Positions 9,777-19,871 of a stretch of DNA of 64,000 bases are shown piece after piece; within the stretch, counting starts at the first letter, position 1; every line of letters begins with the position of its first letter. A model generated the notes under the pieces. The model made no database searches. It was not told the DNA's origin and saw nothing but the letters and a program-made list of their open reading frames with translations. The stretch covers positions 32,001-96,000 of the forward strand of contig DAHVQG010000001.1 of NCBI GenBank assembly GCA_027317865.1, written 5' to 3'. Origin of the DNA: Bdellovibrionales bacterium (lineage in GTDB: Bacteria; Bdellovibrionota; Bdellovibrionia; Bdellovibrionales; UBA1609). The position numbers and the translations under genes are program-made.

Positions 9777-10766
9777 ATGAGTTCCAAGATCATTCGCACG
9801 TCCGACCCCCAAATGAAGCGCATTCTCGAAATTGCAGAGAATGTAGCGCCGAGCCGTGCCAGTGTTCTTATTCAAGGCGAAAGCGGAACCGGAAAAGAAC
9901 TCTTGGCGCGTTACATTCACACAAAAAGTAACCGGGCATCAAAACCGTTTACCGCCGTAAACTGCGCCGCTTTACCCGAAGGTCTTCTTGAGAGTGAATT
10001 GTTCGGTTATGAAAAGGGCGCCTTCACCGGTGCTGAACAAAGAAAAGTCGGCAAGCTTGAGATCGCGCACCAGGGCACATTTTTACTCGATGAAATTTCG
10101 GAGTTGCCGTTACCGTTACAGTCGAAAATGTTGCGATTTCTGCAAGAGGGCGAAATTGAACGGGTCGGCGGTTTAAAACCAATACCGGTCGATATCCGAA
10201 TTATTGCGGCTTCGAACAAAAACTTGCAGGAGCTTGTTCGCGCGCAAAAATTTCGCGAGGACTTATACTACCGGCTTAATGTCATCCCGGTTGAAATCCC
10301 ACCTCTTCGGCACCGGCCACTCGATCTTGATCTACTGAGCGAATTTTTTGTCGAAATGTCGTGCTCCGCGAATGGGCTTGCGGCAAAAAAGCTGGACCAA
10401 GAGGCGCGAAAGAAAATTCACCAATGGAGATGGCCGGGGAATGTTCGTGAACTTCAAAATGTCATCGAACGCAGCGTACTGTTAACTCCAAGTGACACCA
10501 TTTTCGCCGACGACGTAAAGATCGAAGGCTTTATACAGTCACAAAAAAACCTGACCCTTCACCCGGGTATGACAGTTGAAGAGGCGGAGCGGCTGTTGAT
10601 TCTCAAAACGCTTGAGTACACGGCCCAAAATCGAACCCATGCCGCGCAAATGCTTGGCATCAGTATTCGAACTCTGCGCAATAAAATTAACGAATACAAA
10701 ATGGATTTGAATGACGGGCTCGCGGCCGAATTAGTGAACGATTCAACGCAGGGGGGGGCTTTATGA
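9777..10766 (+). CDS. sigma54-dependent enhancer-binding protein (AAA+ and Fis HTH, no receiver domain), probable flagellar regulator
   Basis: [61 protein letters not shown] overlap with flgB. Confidence 0.9.
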   Translation: MSSKIIRTSDPQMKRILEIAENVAPSRASVLIQGESGTGKELLARYIHTKSNRASKPFTAVNCAALPEGLLESELFGYEKGAFTGAEQRKVGKLEIAHQGTFLLDEISELPLPLQSKMLRFLQEGEIERVGGLKPIPVDIRIIAASNKNLQELVRAQKFREDLYYRLNVIPVEIPPLRHRPLDLDLLSEFFVEMSCSANGLAAKKLDQEARKKIHQWRWPGNVRELQNVIERSVLLTPSDTIFADDVKIEGFIQSQKNLTLHPGMTVEEAERLLILKTLEYTAQNRTHAAQMLGISIRTLRNKINEYKMDLNDGLAAELVNDSTQGGAL

Positions 10767-11185
10767 GTTATGGTATGTTTGGCAAGACCACCTACGCCCT
10801 CGGAGCTGCGATCAACTTTCGGCAACTTCAGCAAGACGTGATCTCGGCCAATATCGCGAATGCCGAAACACCGGGCTATAAAGAAAAAAAGGTGGACTTT
10901 GAAGGGGCGCTCCGGCGCGCGGTTGATATCGACGGGCTTTACCGTATGTCGACAGATAATCCCGACCAATATCCTGTTGGCGGCGGCGGACTACAAAATG
11001 TTCGTGCCGACGTTTACGACGATCCGGACGTAACAGTTTCAAATGACGGCAATACGGTCGATCTTGAAAAGCAAATGTCAAAGCTTTCTGAAAACACCAT
11101 TTTATATAAAGCGGCAGTTGAACTCATCAATAAAAAACTAGCGACTCTTGCCTACGCGGTTACTGAAGGGGGAGGTAGCAAATAA
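10763..11185 (+). CDS. flgB: flagellar basal-body rod protein FlgB
   Basis: [25 protein letters not shown]. Confidence 0.95.
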   Translation: MSYGMFGKTTYALGAAINFRQLQQDVISANIANAETPGYKEKKVDFEGALRRAVDIDGLYRMSTDNPDQYPVGGGGLQNVRADVYDDPDVTVSNDGNTVDLEKQMSKLSENTILYKAAVELINKKLATLAYAVTEGGGSK

Positions 11186-11622
11186 TGAATTTCGCAACAG
11201 GACTAAATATATCGAGTAGCGGACTCACCGCCGAGCGAATGCGGATGAACGCGATTGCTTCGAATATTGCCAATATCAACACGACGGTGACTCCACAGGG
11301 AGGGCCGTACCGGCGTAAAGAAGTTGTGTTTGAGGCGATGCCGCAGACAAAAAACTTCGGTGAGATTCTGACGAGTAACTCCGCGCAGTCACTTGATCGC
11401 GTGCAAGTCACGCGTGTTATCAATGACCCAAGTGCCCCGATTATGAAATACGAACCGGACAACCCGAACGCCAACGCGCAAGGATATGTGGCATATCCAA
11501 ACATTAATTTGATGGAAGAGATGACCGACATGATTCAGGCCTCAAGATCGTATCAGGCTAACGTGTCGGCGATGCAAGCAACGAAGTCGATGGCCATGAC
11601 GGCCCTCGAGATTGGGAGATAA
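11185..11622 (+). CDS. flgC: flagellar basal-body rod protein FlgC
   Basis: SGLTAERMRMNAIASNIANINTT, GGPYRRK, GYVAYPNIN, ASRSYQAN. Confidence 0.96.
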   Translation: MNFATGLNISSSGLTAERMRMNAIASNIANINTTVTPQGGPYRRKEVVFEAMPQTKNFGEILTSNSAQSLDRVQVTRVINDPSAPIMKYEPDNPNANAQGYVAYPNINLMEEMTDMIQASRSYQANVSAMQATKSMAMTALEIGR

Positions 11623-11624
11623 CC

Positions 11625-11960
11625 ATGGACGGTTTAACAGTTTCAAACCTTAGAACGATTCTTAAAACCGGCGAAACAACGAGCCAAATTCGCAATGACA
11701 AGATCAATGCTGAAGCAGTTGGTAATCTGAACGAATACGTGAAGAGCTTTTCACAAACACTCAAAGACGCCGTTAACAACGTCAATGATTTGCAAGTTAA
11801 ATCGAACGTTGCGATGGAGAAGCTCGCGACGGGACAAACTAAGAATATTTCTGAAGTGATGATTGCATCAGAAAAGGCGAGTATCGCGTTCAAACTTTTA
11901 ATGCAGGTAAGAAATAAAGTCATCGCGGCCTATCAAGACGTGATGAGAATGCAAGTTTAA
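11625..11960 (+). CDS. fliE: flagellar hook-basal body protein FliE
   Basis: EVMIASEKASIAFKLLMQVRNKVIAAYQDVMRMQV. Confidence 0.95.
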   Translation: MDGLTVSNLRTILKTGETTSQIRNDKINAEAVGNLNEYVKSFSQTLKDAVNNVNDLQVKSNVAMEKLATGQTKNISEVMIASEKASIAFKLLMQVRNKVIAAYQDVMRMQV

Positions 11961-11981
11961 GATTTTTTTGGGGGGTGAGGC

Positions 11982-13637
11982 TTGCCTAAAGTAATTTCGA
12001 CATTGGCGGCGCAGTTTAAGTCGTTCTTTAACTCGTTACCGCCGGTCAAACGCAACGTGATGATTGTCTCGTTACTCATCACATTGGCGGGTATATTAAT
12101 AGTGGCGTCAATGGCATCAAAGACAAGCTATTCGCCGCTATTTACAAATATTTCTCCGAATCAAATGCCTTCGATCCTTGAGCGTCTGCGAAAGAAAAAT
12201 ATACCTTTTAAAGTCGGAGACGGCGGGCGCGAGGTACTTGTTCCGGGTGATCTTTTGCCAGCAACACAAATGGCCATTATGTCGGAGATGGGCAATAGCA
12301 GCGTGGGGACGCTCGGGCTTGGATTATTCGACAAAGAAGGTTTTGGAGTTAGTTCGTATGTCCAGCGAATCAATTATCAGCGCGCGCTCCAGGGGGAACT
12401 TATTCGCGCCATCGATTCGCTTTCGGCTGTCAGACAGTCAAAAGTTCTTCTTACGCTCCCAAAGCATCATACATTTTTAGATGAAGATAATACGCAACCG
12501 ACGGCTTCGGTTGTTGTACAACTTTATCCGGGTAAATATCTGACCCCACCTGAGGTCAACGGCATCACTCATCTTGTCGCGAGCGCCGTTCAAGGTCTCG
12601 ATCCTTCAAAAGTCACCGTTGTTGACGATCACGGGAGAATATTGTCGAAAAATTACAGTGGTGAAGCTGGCGTCACCTCTGAAGTCATGGACATCGAACA
12701 ACAAGATGAACAACGGTTAGAGGACAAAATTGAGTCCATGTTGACGCCTGTAGTGGGGCAAGGAAAGGTCGTCGCCCAGGTCAACGTCACGCTTGATCCG
12801 CAATCGATGAGTTCTGTTTCGGATATGGTTAATCCTGATCAAACAGCTGTCCGTTCTGAAGTCGACCAATCACAAACGCTAGCGGGGCAGAGATTGAATC
12901 CGACAGGGGTGCCAGGTGCGCAGTCGAACTTGCCTGGGGCACAACCTGCGCCGACTACCGGATTTCAGCAAAACGTTAAGAAAGAACTTAAAACAATAAA
13001 TTACGATGTGCCGCACACAGTGACGAAAGTTAATCAGTCGGCCGGTAGTACAATTAAGCGAATTTCGGTTGCCGTACTTGTCGACGGTACAACCGTTGCG
13101 CAAACTGGAAAAAACGGCGCCGTTGTCGAAAAGTGGGTTCCGCGTACACCACAAGAGTTGTCGCAGTACCAGGCTATCGTAGAAAATGCGATCGGCTACA
13201 GCGCAAAACGAGGCGACTCGGTTACAATTCAAAATATTCAATTTACAAAAGAAGACTTTACGCAGTCGCAAGAACTGCTCACGTCGCTCGACCGGCAAAA
13301 AATTCTGCGGGCATTATTTAAATGGTCCATTCTTGGTTCATCCTTTCTTCTCTTCTTCTTCGTTATCGTAAAACCGTTCATGCGCTGGATTACCGACTCG
13401 TTCCAAGACACGGTTGAAGATATGTTGCCCCGAACAATAGAAGAACTCGAGGAGTTGCAAACCGCCGACAACACCTTGCCGGGCATGTCCGGAGCGTTGC
13501 CGGTGCTTGAAGAATCAATCGATCCCAATAAGGCCGAAAGCGAACTGTTAAAAGAACGAATCATGGGGATTATGGAGAATGACATAGAAAAATCAGCGGC
13601 CGCATTTAATTTGTGGGTTTCAAAACGGGAGAGCTAA
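11982..13637 (+). CDS. fliF: flagellar MS-ring protein FliF
   Basis: Two TMs, INYQRALQGELIRAI, PTASVV, LVASAVQGL, GVPGAQSNLP. Confidence 0.95.
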   Translation: MPKVISTLAAQFKSFFNSLPPVKRNVMIVSLLITLAGILIVASMASKTSYSPLFTNISPNQMPSILERLRKKNIPFKVGDGGREVLVPGDLLPATQMAIMSEMGNSSVGTLGLGLFDKEGFGVSSYVQRINYQRALQGELIRAIDSLSAVRQSKVLLTLPKHHTFLDEDNTQPTASVVVQLYPGKYLTPPEVNGITHLVASAVQGLDPSKVTVVDDHGRILSKNYSGEAGVTSEVMDIEQQDEQRLEDKIESMLTPVVGQGKVVAQVNVTLDPQSMSSVSDMVNPDQTAVRSEVDQSQTLAGQRLNPTGVPGAQSNLPGAQPAPTTGFQQNVKKELKTINYDVPHTVTKVNQSAGSTIKRISVAVLVDGTTVAQTGKNGAVVEKWVPRTPQELSQYQAIVENAIGYSAKRGDSVTIQNIQFTKEDFTQSQELLTSLDRQKILRALFKWSILGSSFLLFFFVIVKPFMRWITDSFQDTVEDMLPRTIEELEELQTADNTLPGMSGALPVLEESIDPNKAESELLKERIMGIMENDIEKSAAAFNLWVSKRES

Positions 13638-14675
13638 ATGCCACTAGTAAGAAAAGCTGAAAATGTAACGTGGGATAAATTGCGCGGGTTTGAAAAAGCC
13701 GCCATCTTGTTAAATTATCTCGGTCCCGGCGCAGCCAAGCTTCTTTTTAAACACGTCGACGACGGCGATATTCGAAAATTGCTGGGAACGATGCAAAAGT
13801 TTCGAATTGTACCCGTTGAAATCACTAAAAAGGTTCTCGAAGAATATTATGAGATGATCAGCGAATCGCAAGATTACATATTTTCTGAAAAACCTTTGCA
13901 GAAAGATACGGTTATCGATGCGGTCGGCGAAGAACGCGCGCGCGGTATTCTCGGTCACATGAATTCAAGCGGCCCCGTGCAGCGCACGCTCGAAAGCCTT
14001 GAAATCGTCGATTCGAAATCGCTGTCGAATTTTCTGATCAATGAACATCCGCAAACCATTGCGGTGATTTTGGCCCATCTTGAACCCGAGAAAAAAGGCG
14101 AAGTTTTGAAGCGGCTCCCCGAGACACTTCAAGCCGAAGTTGTTTTGCGGCTATCAAATCTGGACCATGTCGCACCCGAACTCATTGCCGAAGTGGACCG
14201 GGTTTTGAAAAACGAACTGGCGGCGTTGGGCACGGTTGAACAAGCCTCGCTTGGCGGTGTTCAGCCGGTGGCCGAAATGCTCAACGTGATGGATAAAAAC
14301 ACTGAAACTTCGATTATGTCGCGAATTGAAGAAAAAGACCCGATACTCGCCGAAGAGATTCGAAAACTGATGTTCGTATTTGAGGATATTGTTAAAATTG
14401 ACGATCGCGGCATTCAAACTCTGCTTAAAGAAATTCCGAATGATAAATTGCTTCTCGCGCTTAAAACGGCGCCGGCTGAAATTAAAGAAAAAATATTTAA
14501 AAATATCTCGCAACGCGCGGCAAATTTGTTAAAAGACGATCTTTCGAACATGGGGCCGGCTCGGCTTTCTGACGTCGAAGCGGCGCAAGTTGAAATTGTC
14601 AACGTCGCGCGACGGTTAGAAGGCGAAGGTAAGATTTTGATCGCGCGTGGCAGCAGCGAAGATTCGCTCGTGTAA
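13638..14675 (+). CDS. fliG: flagellar motor switch protein FliG
   Basis: KAAILL, EHPQTIAVILAHL, MFVFEDI, LALK, NISQRAA, DVEAAQ. Confidence 0.97.
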   Translation: MPLVRKAENVTWDKLRGFEKAAILLNYLGPGAAKLLFKHVDDGDIRKLLGTMQKFRIVPVEITKKVLEEYYEMISESQDYIFSEKPLQKDTVIDAVGEERARGILGHMNSSGPVQRTLESLEIVDSKSLSNFLINEHPQTIAVILAHLEPEKKGEVLKRLPETLQAEVVLRLSNLDHVAPELIAEVDRVLKNELAALGTVEQASLGGVQPVAEMLNVMDKNTETSIMSRIEEKDPILAEEIRKLMFVFEDIVKIDDRGIQTLLKEIPNDKLLLALKTAPAEIKEKIFKNISQRAANLLKDDLSNMGPARLSDVEAAQVEIVNVARRLEGEGKILIARGSSEDSLV

Positions 14676-14703
14676 TGAAAAAGACATTTAGGAGTTACGT
14701 GAC

Positions 14704-15480
14704 ATGAGTGTCGTGCTCAAAAAAGACGAAGCGGAACGGGTTGCTTTTAACTACAAACCAAAAGCATTGAAGTTCGAAGCCGGCGAGATAGTAAAAGATT
14801 TCGTGAATATTTCTGTCGGTAGCGATTCGGAATTTGTCATTGCCGACTTGGTAGCGAAGCAATCCGGCGTTTCGGCTTTGCGCAAGCAACAATTGGATGC
14901 GCAGGTCGAAGAAACGGTTCTGGCCCGGCTAAAAGATATCGAGGAGTCGGCGTATAAACAGGCTCACGACCTAGGGCTGATCGAAGGAGCTGAGCGTGCG
15001 TACAAAGAGCAAAGTGAGTCGTTAAAGGCGAGCCAAGAAAAATTAGATGAAGCGGGTCGAAATCTCGATTCGCTCATCGCGAATTTGTGCAAGCAGTATG
15101 AAGCGGAGATCATGCAAATGATTTTTCGAGTGGCCGAGCGAATCGCAATGCATGAAATTACGATGAACAAAGAAGTTGTTCTCGATGTTCTCCATAAGAT
15201 TGTGGATGAGCTGCAAGCAGCTCAGCATATTAAAGTACTTATGAACGCAGAAGATTTGAAATTTGTCGAAGAGCTGCGGGCTAAAGGGTCAAAAGAGGCT
15301 GAAAAGCTGGCGCGCGTAAAAATCGAATCGGGTGAAAATATAAAACGTGGCGGATGCCTTGTCGAAACCGAATTCGGCAGTGTGGAAGCCACTGTAGAAC
15401 AACGAGTGGAGAAGGCGTGGAAGGCAATTGAGTCGAAACTTCCGGTTGTGCAATCGTCGCCATCCAGCGGGTCGGATTAA
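14704..15480 (+). CDS. fliH: flagellar assembly protein FliH
   Basis: AYKQAHDLGLIEG, GGCLVETEFGSVEATVE; position between fliG and fliI. Confidence 0.88.
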   Translation: MSVVLKKDEAERVAFNYKPKALKFEAGEIVKDFVNISVGSDSEFVIADLVAKQSGVSALRKQQLDAQVEETVLARLKDIEESAYKQAHDLGLIEGAERAYKEQSESLKASQEKLDEAGRNLDSLIANLCKQYEAEIMQMIFRVAERIAMHEITMNKEVVLDVLHKIVDELQAAQHIKVLMNAEDLKFVEELRAKGSKEAEKLARVKIESGENIKRGGCLVETEFGSVEATVEQRVEKAWKAIESKLPVVQSSPSSGSD

Positions 15481-16802
15481 TGTACAATTTTAATTTCGAA
15501 AAGTATGAAAACGCTCTGGACGAAGCGATCTTAACCAAAGACATCGGAAAGGTGATGGAGGTTAAAGGTCTTCTCATTAAGGCTTATGTACCGGCTTGCA
15601 GTCTTGGCAGCGTTTGCGAAATTCACGCGCTTAATAGCCAACATCGTTTCTTAGCCGAGGTTGTCGGTTTTGAAGGTCAGAAAGTTTTGATGATGGCGCT
15701 TGGAGACAAGCAGGGTGTAGGGCTTGGCTCTAAAGTTGTACTGCAAAAGTCCCGAGCGACGGCGTTGGCTGGTGAATCGCTACTTGGGCGTGTGCTCAAC
15801 GGGCTTGGCGAGCCGATTGACGGCGGGCCCACAATCCTTTTGGTGGATGAAGTGCCTCTTTACTCTGATGCCGAAACGCCTATGAAGCGCGAATTGATTC
15901 GCCATCCTTTAAGTGTCGGTATTCGCGCAATTGACGGTCTTATTACGATCGGCCAAGGGCAAAGGATGGCCTTCATGGCCGGTTCGGGCGTTGGCAAATC
16001 GGTTTTACTCGGTCAAATGGCTAAATTCACAAACGCCGACATCAACGTCATCGCGCTCATTGGCGAGCGCGGTCGTGAAGTGAAAGAGTTTATAGAAGGC
16101 AGTCTTGGGGAAGAAGGGCTTAAACGTTCTATTGTTGTAGCGGTAACGTCCGATCAAAGTCCGCTTATTCGAACACGCGGCGCATATCTTGCGACCGCAT
16201 TCGCCGAATATTTTGCTCATCGAGGTAAACATGTTCTTTTGATGATGGATTCGATTACGCGGTTTGCGATGGCGCAAAGAGAAATTGGCCTGAGCAGCGG
16301 TGAACCTCCGGCATCGAAAGGATATACGCCAAGTGTATTTTCAGCACTCCCAAAGCTTCTTGAGCGCGCCGGCAATTTCACAAACGGCGGAAGTATTACG
16401 GGTCTTTATTCTGTTCTCGTCGAAGGTGATGACATGGATGAGCCTATCGCGGACGCCGTTCGTTCCATTGTCGACGGGCACGTTGTGTTGGATCGGCGAA
16501 TTGCCCAGCGCGCACACTTCCCGGCAATTGATGTGTTACAAAGCACTAGCCGGGTTATGCGAAGCGTGGTCAGTGACGACCACACCCATCTAGGTCAAAT
16601 TATGCGCGAAAACATGGCGGTTTATCGCGAAGCCGAAGATTTGATCAACATCGGGGCATACAAGCCCGGTGCCAATCCTAAAATTGATCGCGCCATTCAA
16701 CTCATTGACGGGATCAATCAATTTTTGCGCCAGGGCATAGACGAACCTTCAACGTTTCAAGAAACCGAGCAACGAATGCTTGAAATCGCGGGAGAGGCAT
16801 AA
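15480..16802 (+). CDS. fliI: flagellar export ATPase FliI
   Basis: AGSGVGKS, ALIGERGREV, MDSITRFAMAQREIGL, GYTPSVF, DGHVVL. Confidence 0.97.
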   Translation: MYNFNFEKYENALDEAILTKDIGKVMEVKGLLIKAYVPACSLGSVCEIHALNSQHRFLAEVVGFEGQKVLMMALGDKQGVGLGSKVVLQKSRATALAGESLLGRVLNGLGEPIDGGPTILLVDEVPLYSDAETPMKRELIRHPLSVGIRAIDGLITIGQGQRMAFMAGSGVGKSVLLGQMAKFTNADINVIALIGERGREVKEFIEGSLGEEGLKRSIVVAVTSDQSPLIRTRGAYLATAFAEYFAHRGKHVLLMMDSITRFAMAQREIGLSSGEPPASKGYTPSVFSALPKLLERAGNFTNGGSITGLYSVLVEGDDMDEPIADAVRSIVDGHVVLDRRIAQRAHFPAIDVLQSTSRVMRSVVSDDHTHLGQIMRENMAVYREAEDLINIGAYKPGANPKIDRAIQLIDGINQFLRQGIDEPSTFQETEQRMLEIAGEA

Positions 16803-16804
16803 TT

Positions 16805-17272
16805 ATGCGTTTTCGGTTTCGCCTCGAGACAGTCATGCGGCAACGGCGGGTCGAGAAAGACATCGCTCAGCGCGAATTCAGCGAAGCTCAAGATCATGTT
16901 CAAAAGCAACTGCAGAAAATAAAAAAAATGTACAAACAAATCGATGATGCAAGAGTGACGGCACAATTACTTGAAAAAAAAGGCGGACGCCATGCGAGTC
17001 AGCTTGTGCAAACTGAGGAATTTATTGTCGGGCAAAATATACTCATCCAAAAGGAGCGCGAAAGGGCCCGCGAGCTCATGGCTATTGCCGATGAAAAGCT
17101 TGAAATACTAACCGAAAAATTACGAGCATTTAAAATTCTTGAAAAACTCAAAGAGAAAAAACGCGAAGAGTTTCGCAAAGAGCACAATCGTCGCATTGAT
17201 AAACAACTTGATGATCTCATGGTCATGCGGGCATCAATAAACCAGTCTTCTGACAAGACGGGGAGCGCGTAA
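16805..17272 (+). CDS. fliJ: flagellar export chaperone FliJ
   Basis: FRFRLETVM N-terminus, coiled coil, LEKLKEK...KQLDDL; follows fliI. Confidence 0.88.
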   Translation: MRFRFRLETVMRQRRVEKDIAQREFSEAQDHVQKQLQKIKKMYKQIDDARVTAQLLEKKGGRHASQLVQTEEFIVGQNILIQKERERARELMAIADEKLEILTEKLRAFKILEKLKEKKREEFRKEHNRRIDKQLDDLMVMRASINQSSDKTGSA

Positions 17273-17273
17273 G

Positions 17274-18170
17274 ATGGCAACTAACTATGATCAGCACTTT
17301 AAAAAAGTAAAGCAGGCTAAAAAGGCCAAACAAACTATTGGCGAAGGGCGCAACACAAAAGCCGAAGCAAGCTCAGATCAATTGCGCCGTCTACTGAATG
17401 TCAAAACGGTCTCGCGATCGACCAATGGATGGTCCTTTATTATAATCGGTTTAGCCGCCATCGGGTTGGGCGTTGGCTGCGTCGGATACGTCTACCCATC
17501 AGCTGTTGAACAATTTTTGTCACGTATTCAAATAGGTGTTTTTTCAAGCGCATCCGCTGCGCCGGCAAATCCTACATCATCATCGGGGAACACCTCAGCT
17601 GCCACGGGTACTGGCACTTCGTCAACTTCAGTAAATTCGGGCCCGCCCGTTACAAACGCAAGCGCTTCGACGTCGGCAAATTCTACCGGGGGCGGGCAAG
17701 GCCCATCAGCAAATTCTGCCGCGTCTGGCGTTTCGACGAGTGATTCGGCGTGCCCGACTTCTTCAGGGTACACCGAAGAAGAACTCAATGGTTTCAGCAA
17801 ATTAAATCAACGCGAGCATCAACTGGACCTGCGCGCGGCTGAACTCGACGCACTGGAAAAGGAATTGCATAAGCAACAAGTAGAAATAGAAGGGCGCATT
17901 GCGAAGTTACAAAAAATTCGGCAAGACATCGCAAGCGCTTTGAAAGGTCGAGTGCAGGCGGAGCAAAAACGGGTGGATACTTTGGTGAATGTTTATTCAA
18001 ATATGAGTCCTCACAAAGCGGCCGCCATACTGGCTGGCCTGAAGCCTCAGCTTGCTATTGAGATTCTAGCAAAGATGAAAAAGAAAAATGCGGCAGCTAT
18101 TATGAATCGGCTCCCAGCGAGTACAGCGCAAAACCTATCTGAACGATTTACGGGATATACGAGTAATTAA
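17274..18170 (+). CDS. MotE/FlbB-like flagellar protein (TM, Ser/Thr linker, coiled coil, MgtE_N-like domain)
   Basis: LVNVYSNMSPHKAAAIL..LAIEILAKMKKKNAAAIMNRL; position between fliJ and fliK. Confidence 0.75.
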   Translation: MATNYDQHFKKVKQAKKAKQTIGEGRNTKAEASSDQLRRLLNVKTVSRSTNGWSFIIIGLAAIGLGVGCVGYVYPSAVEQFLSRIQIGVFSSASAAPANPTSSSGNTSAATGTGTSSTSVNSGPPVTNASASTSANSTGGGQGPSANSAASGVSTSDSACPTSSGYTEEELNGFSKLNQREHQLDLRAAELDALEKELHKQQVEIEGRIAKLQKIRQDIASALKGRVQAEQKRVDTLVNVYSNMSPHKAAAILAGLKPQLAIEILAKMKKKNAAAIMNRLPASTAQNLSERFTGYTSN

Positions 18171-19871
18171 ATGATGACGAGCGTGGCGACAAATACAAAT
18201 CTTCTATCACTTGGCAAAATGCCCATCTCGGGCAAGCAGTCGCCAGGTTCGCTTTTGTCACAACTAGCTGGCAAAAATGTATTTTCGTTTAATAAGCAGC
18301 TGGACGCATTTAACAAAGAATTCGATGCCACAGCTAAGAATTTTGATATTGCGCCAAAAAAGCTTTTCACTTCAATTCTGACCGGGGTCGATAAAAATCT
18401 CGACCAAAGTCGCCAAATGGCGATGGCCATTTTTTTGAAAAAAATGAAATCTGAGTTCGGTATAAAGCCGGATCAGATTTTAAAGGCATTTTCTAAACTT
18501 TCGCTTCACGATTTATCGCGTCCGCCTAAAGAGACGGAAGATCAATTCATCTCGCAGTTCAAACTCAGCCACAAAGATGCTCTTAAAGCTCGTACTCTCT
18601 ACTGCAAGTTACTCGGCATTCTCTCGACGGTCGATGTTATGCAAACCCGGGTGACGGATATGGATCGCAAGTTGGCGAATCCAGCTTCTCGCACGCCCGC
18701 TGAAATTTTGGCTGCTCCGGCAATGACGGCGGCTTCATTAGCTCCGACGTCAATTGCGTCGACGACTGCAGCAAAAACTGCATTGATCGCAAAATCGGCA
18801 GCCGTGCCGTTACATGCTTTATCGACGCCGTTATTAAAACCAAATTCGGCCGCTACACCGACCGAGGCGGATAGCCAAAAAACGCAGGCGTCACAGGTTC
18901 AGGTCGCGCAACAGCCCATCGCACAAAAATCGGCCACGGCAGCATCAGTTACTCAAATGCCAGCTGCACCCCAAGCGGCAGTGGTACCTGCCGCCTATTC
19001 AAATGCTAAATCTTTTGAACCAGAGTCAAAAATCGCGAGTGAGCCAAAGGTGGAATCAGCGGTAACGCAACCAGAAGTTAGTACCAACGCGGCAACTGTA
19101 ACACCGGTAGCGGTGACACCGTCAGCCGCGACTGCGGCGGGGGCGGCCACAACAGTAGCTGGAACAACAGCGGCGGCAGCGACGGCGGCAAAAATCGCAA
19201 AATTTACTCCTTTTGATCGAAGCAGCACCAAAGGTGATCATACCGGCCATTCGGACGTCGATGGCAATTCACAAAACCAATCTCACTTAGCGGCAGCGAC
19301 GGGCATTCAATCGGCGCCACCTGTAAGCGTTTCAAACACAAAAGCAAGTTCTGCGCCAATCGCTTCACCAACCGATATAAAAAATAATGTACAGGAACTG
19401 GCTCTGGGTGCGCAGTTTCTTGCCCATAAGGGCGGCGGCGAGATGAATGTTAAGCTGTCCCCCGAAGGTCTTGGGAGCGTACATGTTAAAGTAAACATGA
19501 ATAATGGGCGGCTTAGCGTTGAAATGCTTGCGGCCAATGACGGCGCCAAGCAGGTGATTGAAAAAGGACTTAACGATCTTAAAGTCGCGTTAGCAACACA
19601 TCGTCTCCGCGTCGATACAATTCGCGTCGATACGCTTAAAGATATGGCTCAACAGTTTCTCAATCAGCATCAACATGAAATGGAACGTGGCTTTCAACAA
19701 CAATTTTTAAATAACTTTACGGAACAGAATGGCTCTGATCGACAATCAATGTTCGATTTTACTGAACCGTCGATTCCGACAAGTCAAACTCAGGGTCGTG
19801 CATCGAATTCGCGGTATTCGGTGGCGAGTACGGGAATAAAATCAAACCGCAGATTGGACTTGGTGGCATAA
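18171..19871 (+). CDS. fliK: flagellar hook-length control protein FliK
   Basis: Ala/Thr/Pro-rich middle, C-terminal KLSPEGLGSVHVKV T3S4 domain, ends LDLVA. Confidence 0.88.
   Translation: MMTSVATNTNLLSLGKMPISGKQSPGSLLSQLAGKNVFSFNKQLDAFNKEFDATAKNFDIAPKKLFTSILTGVDKNLDQSRQMAMAIFLKKMKSEFGIKPDQILKAFSKLSLHDLSRPPKETEDQFISQFKLSHKDALKARTLYCKLLGILSTVDVMQTRVTDMDRKLANPASRTPAEILAAPAMTAASLAPTSIASTTAAKTALIAKSAAVPLHALSTPLLKPNSAATPTEADSQKTQASQVQVAQQPIAQKSATAASVTQMPAAPQAAVVPAAYSNAKSFEPESKIASEPKVESAVTQPEVSTNAATVTPVAVTPSAATAAGAATTVAGTTAAAATAAKIAKFTPFDRSSTKGDHTGHSDVDGNSQNQSHLAAATGIQSAPPVSVSNTKASSAPIASPTDIKNNVQELALGAQFLAHKGGGEMNVKLSPEGLGSVHVKVNMNNGRLSVEMLAANDGAKQVIEKGLNDLKVALATHRLRVDTIRVDTLKDMAQQFLNQHQHEMERGFQQQFLNNFTEQNGSDRQSMFDFTEPSIPTSQTQGRASNSRYSVASTGIKSNRRLDLVA

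Noticed and set aside
18700-19330. Ala/Thr-rich low-complexity stretch as a repeat element
   Set aside because: Normal disordered ruler region of FliK; the same applies to the Ser/Thr linker of the MotE-like protein
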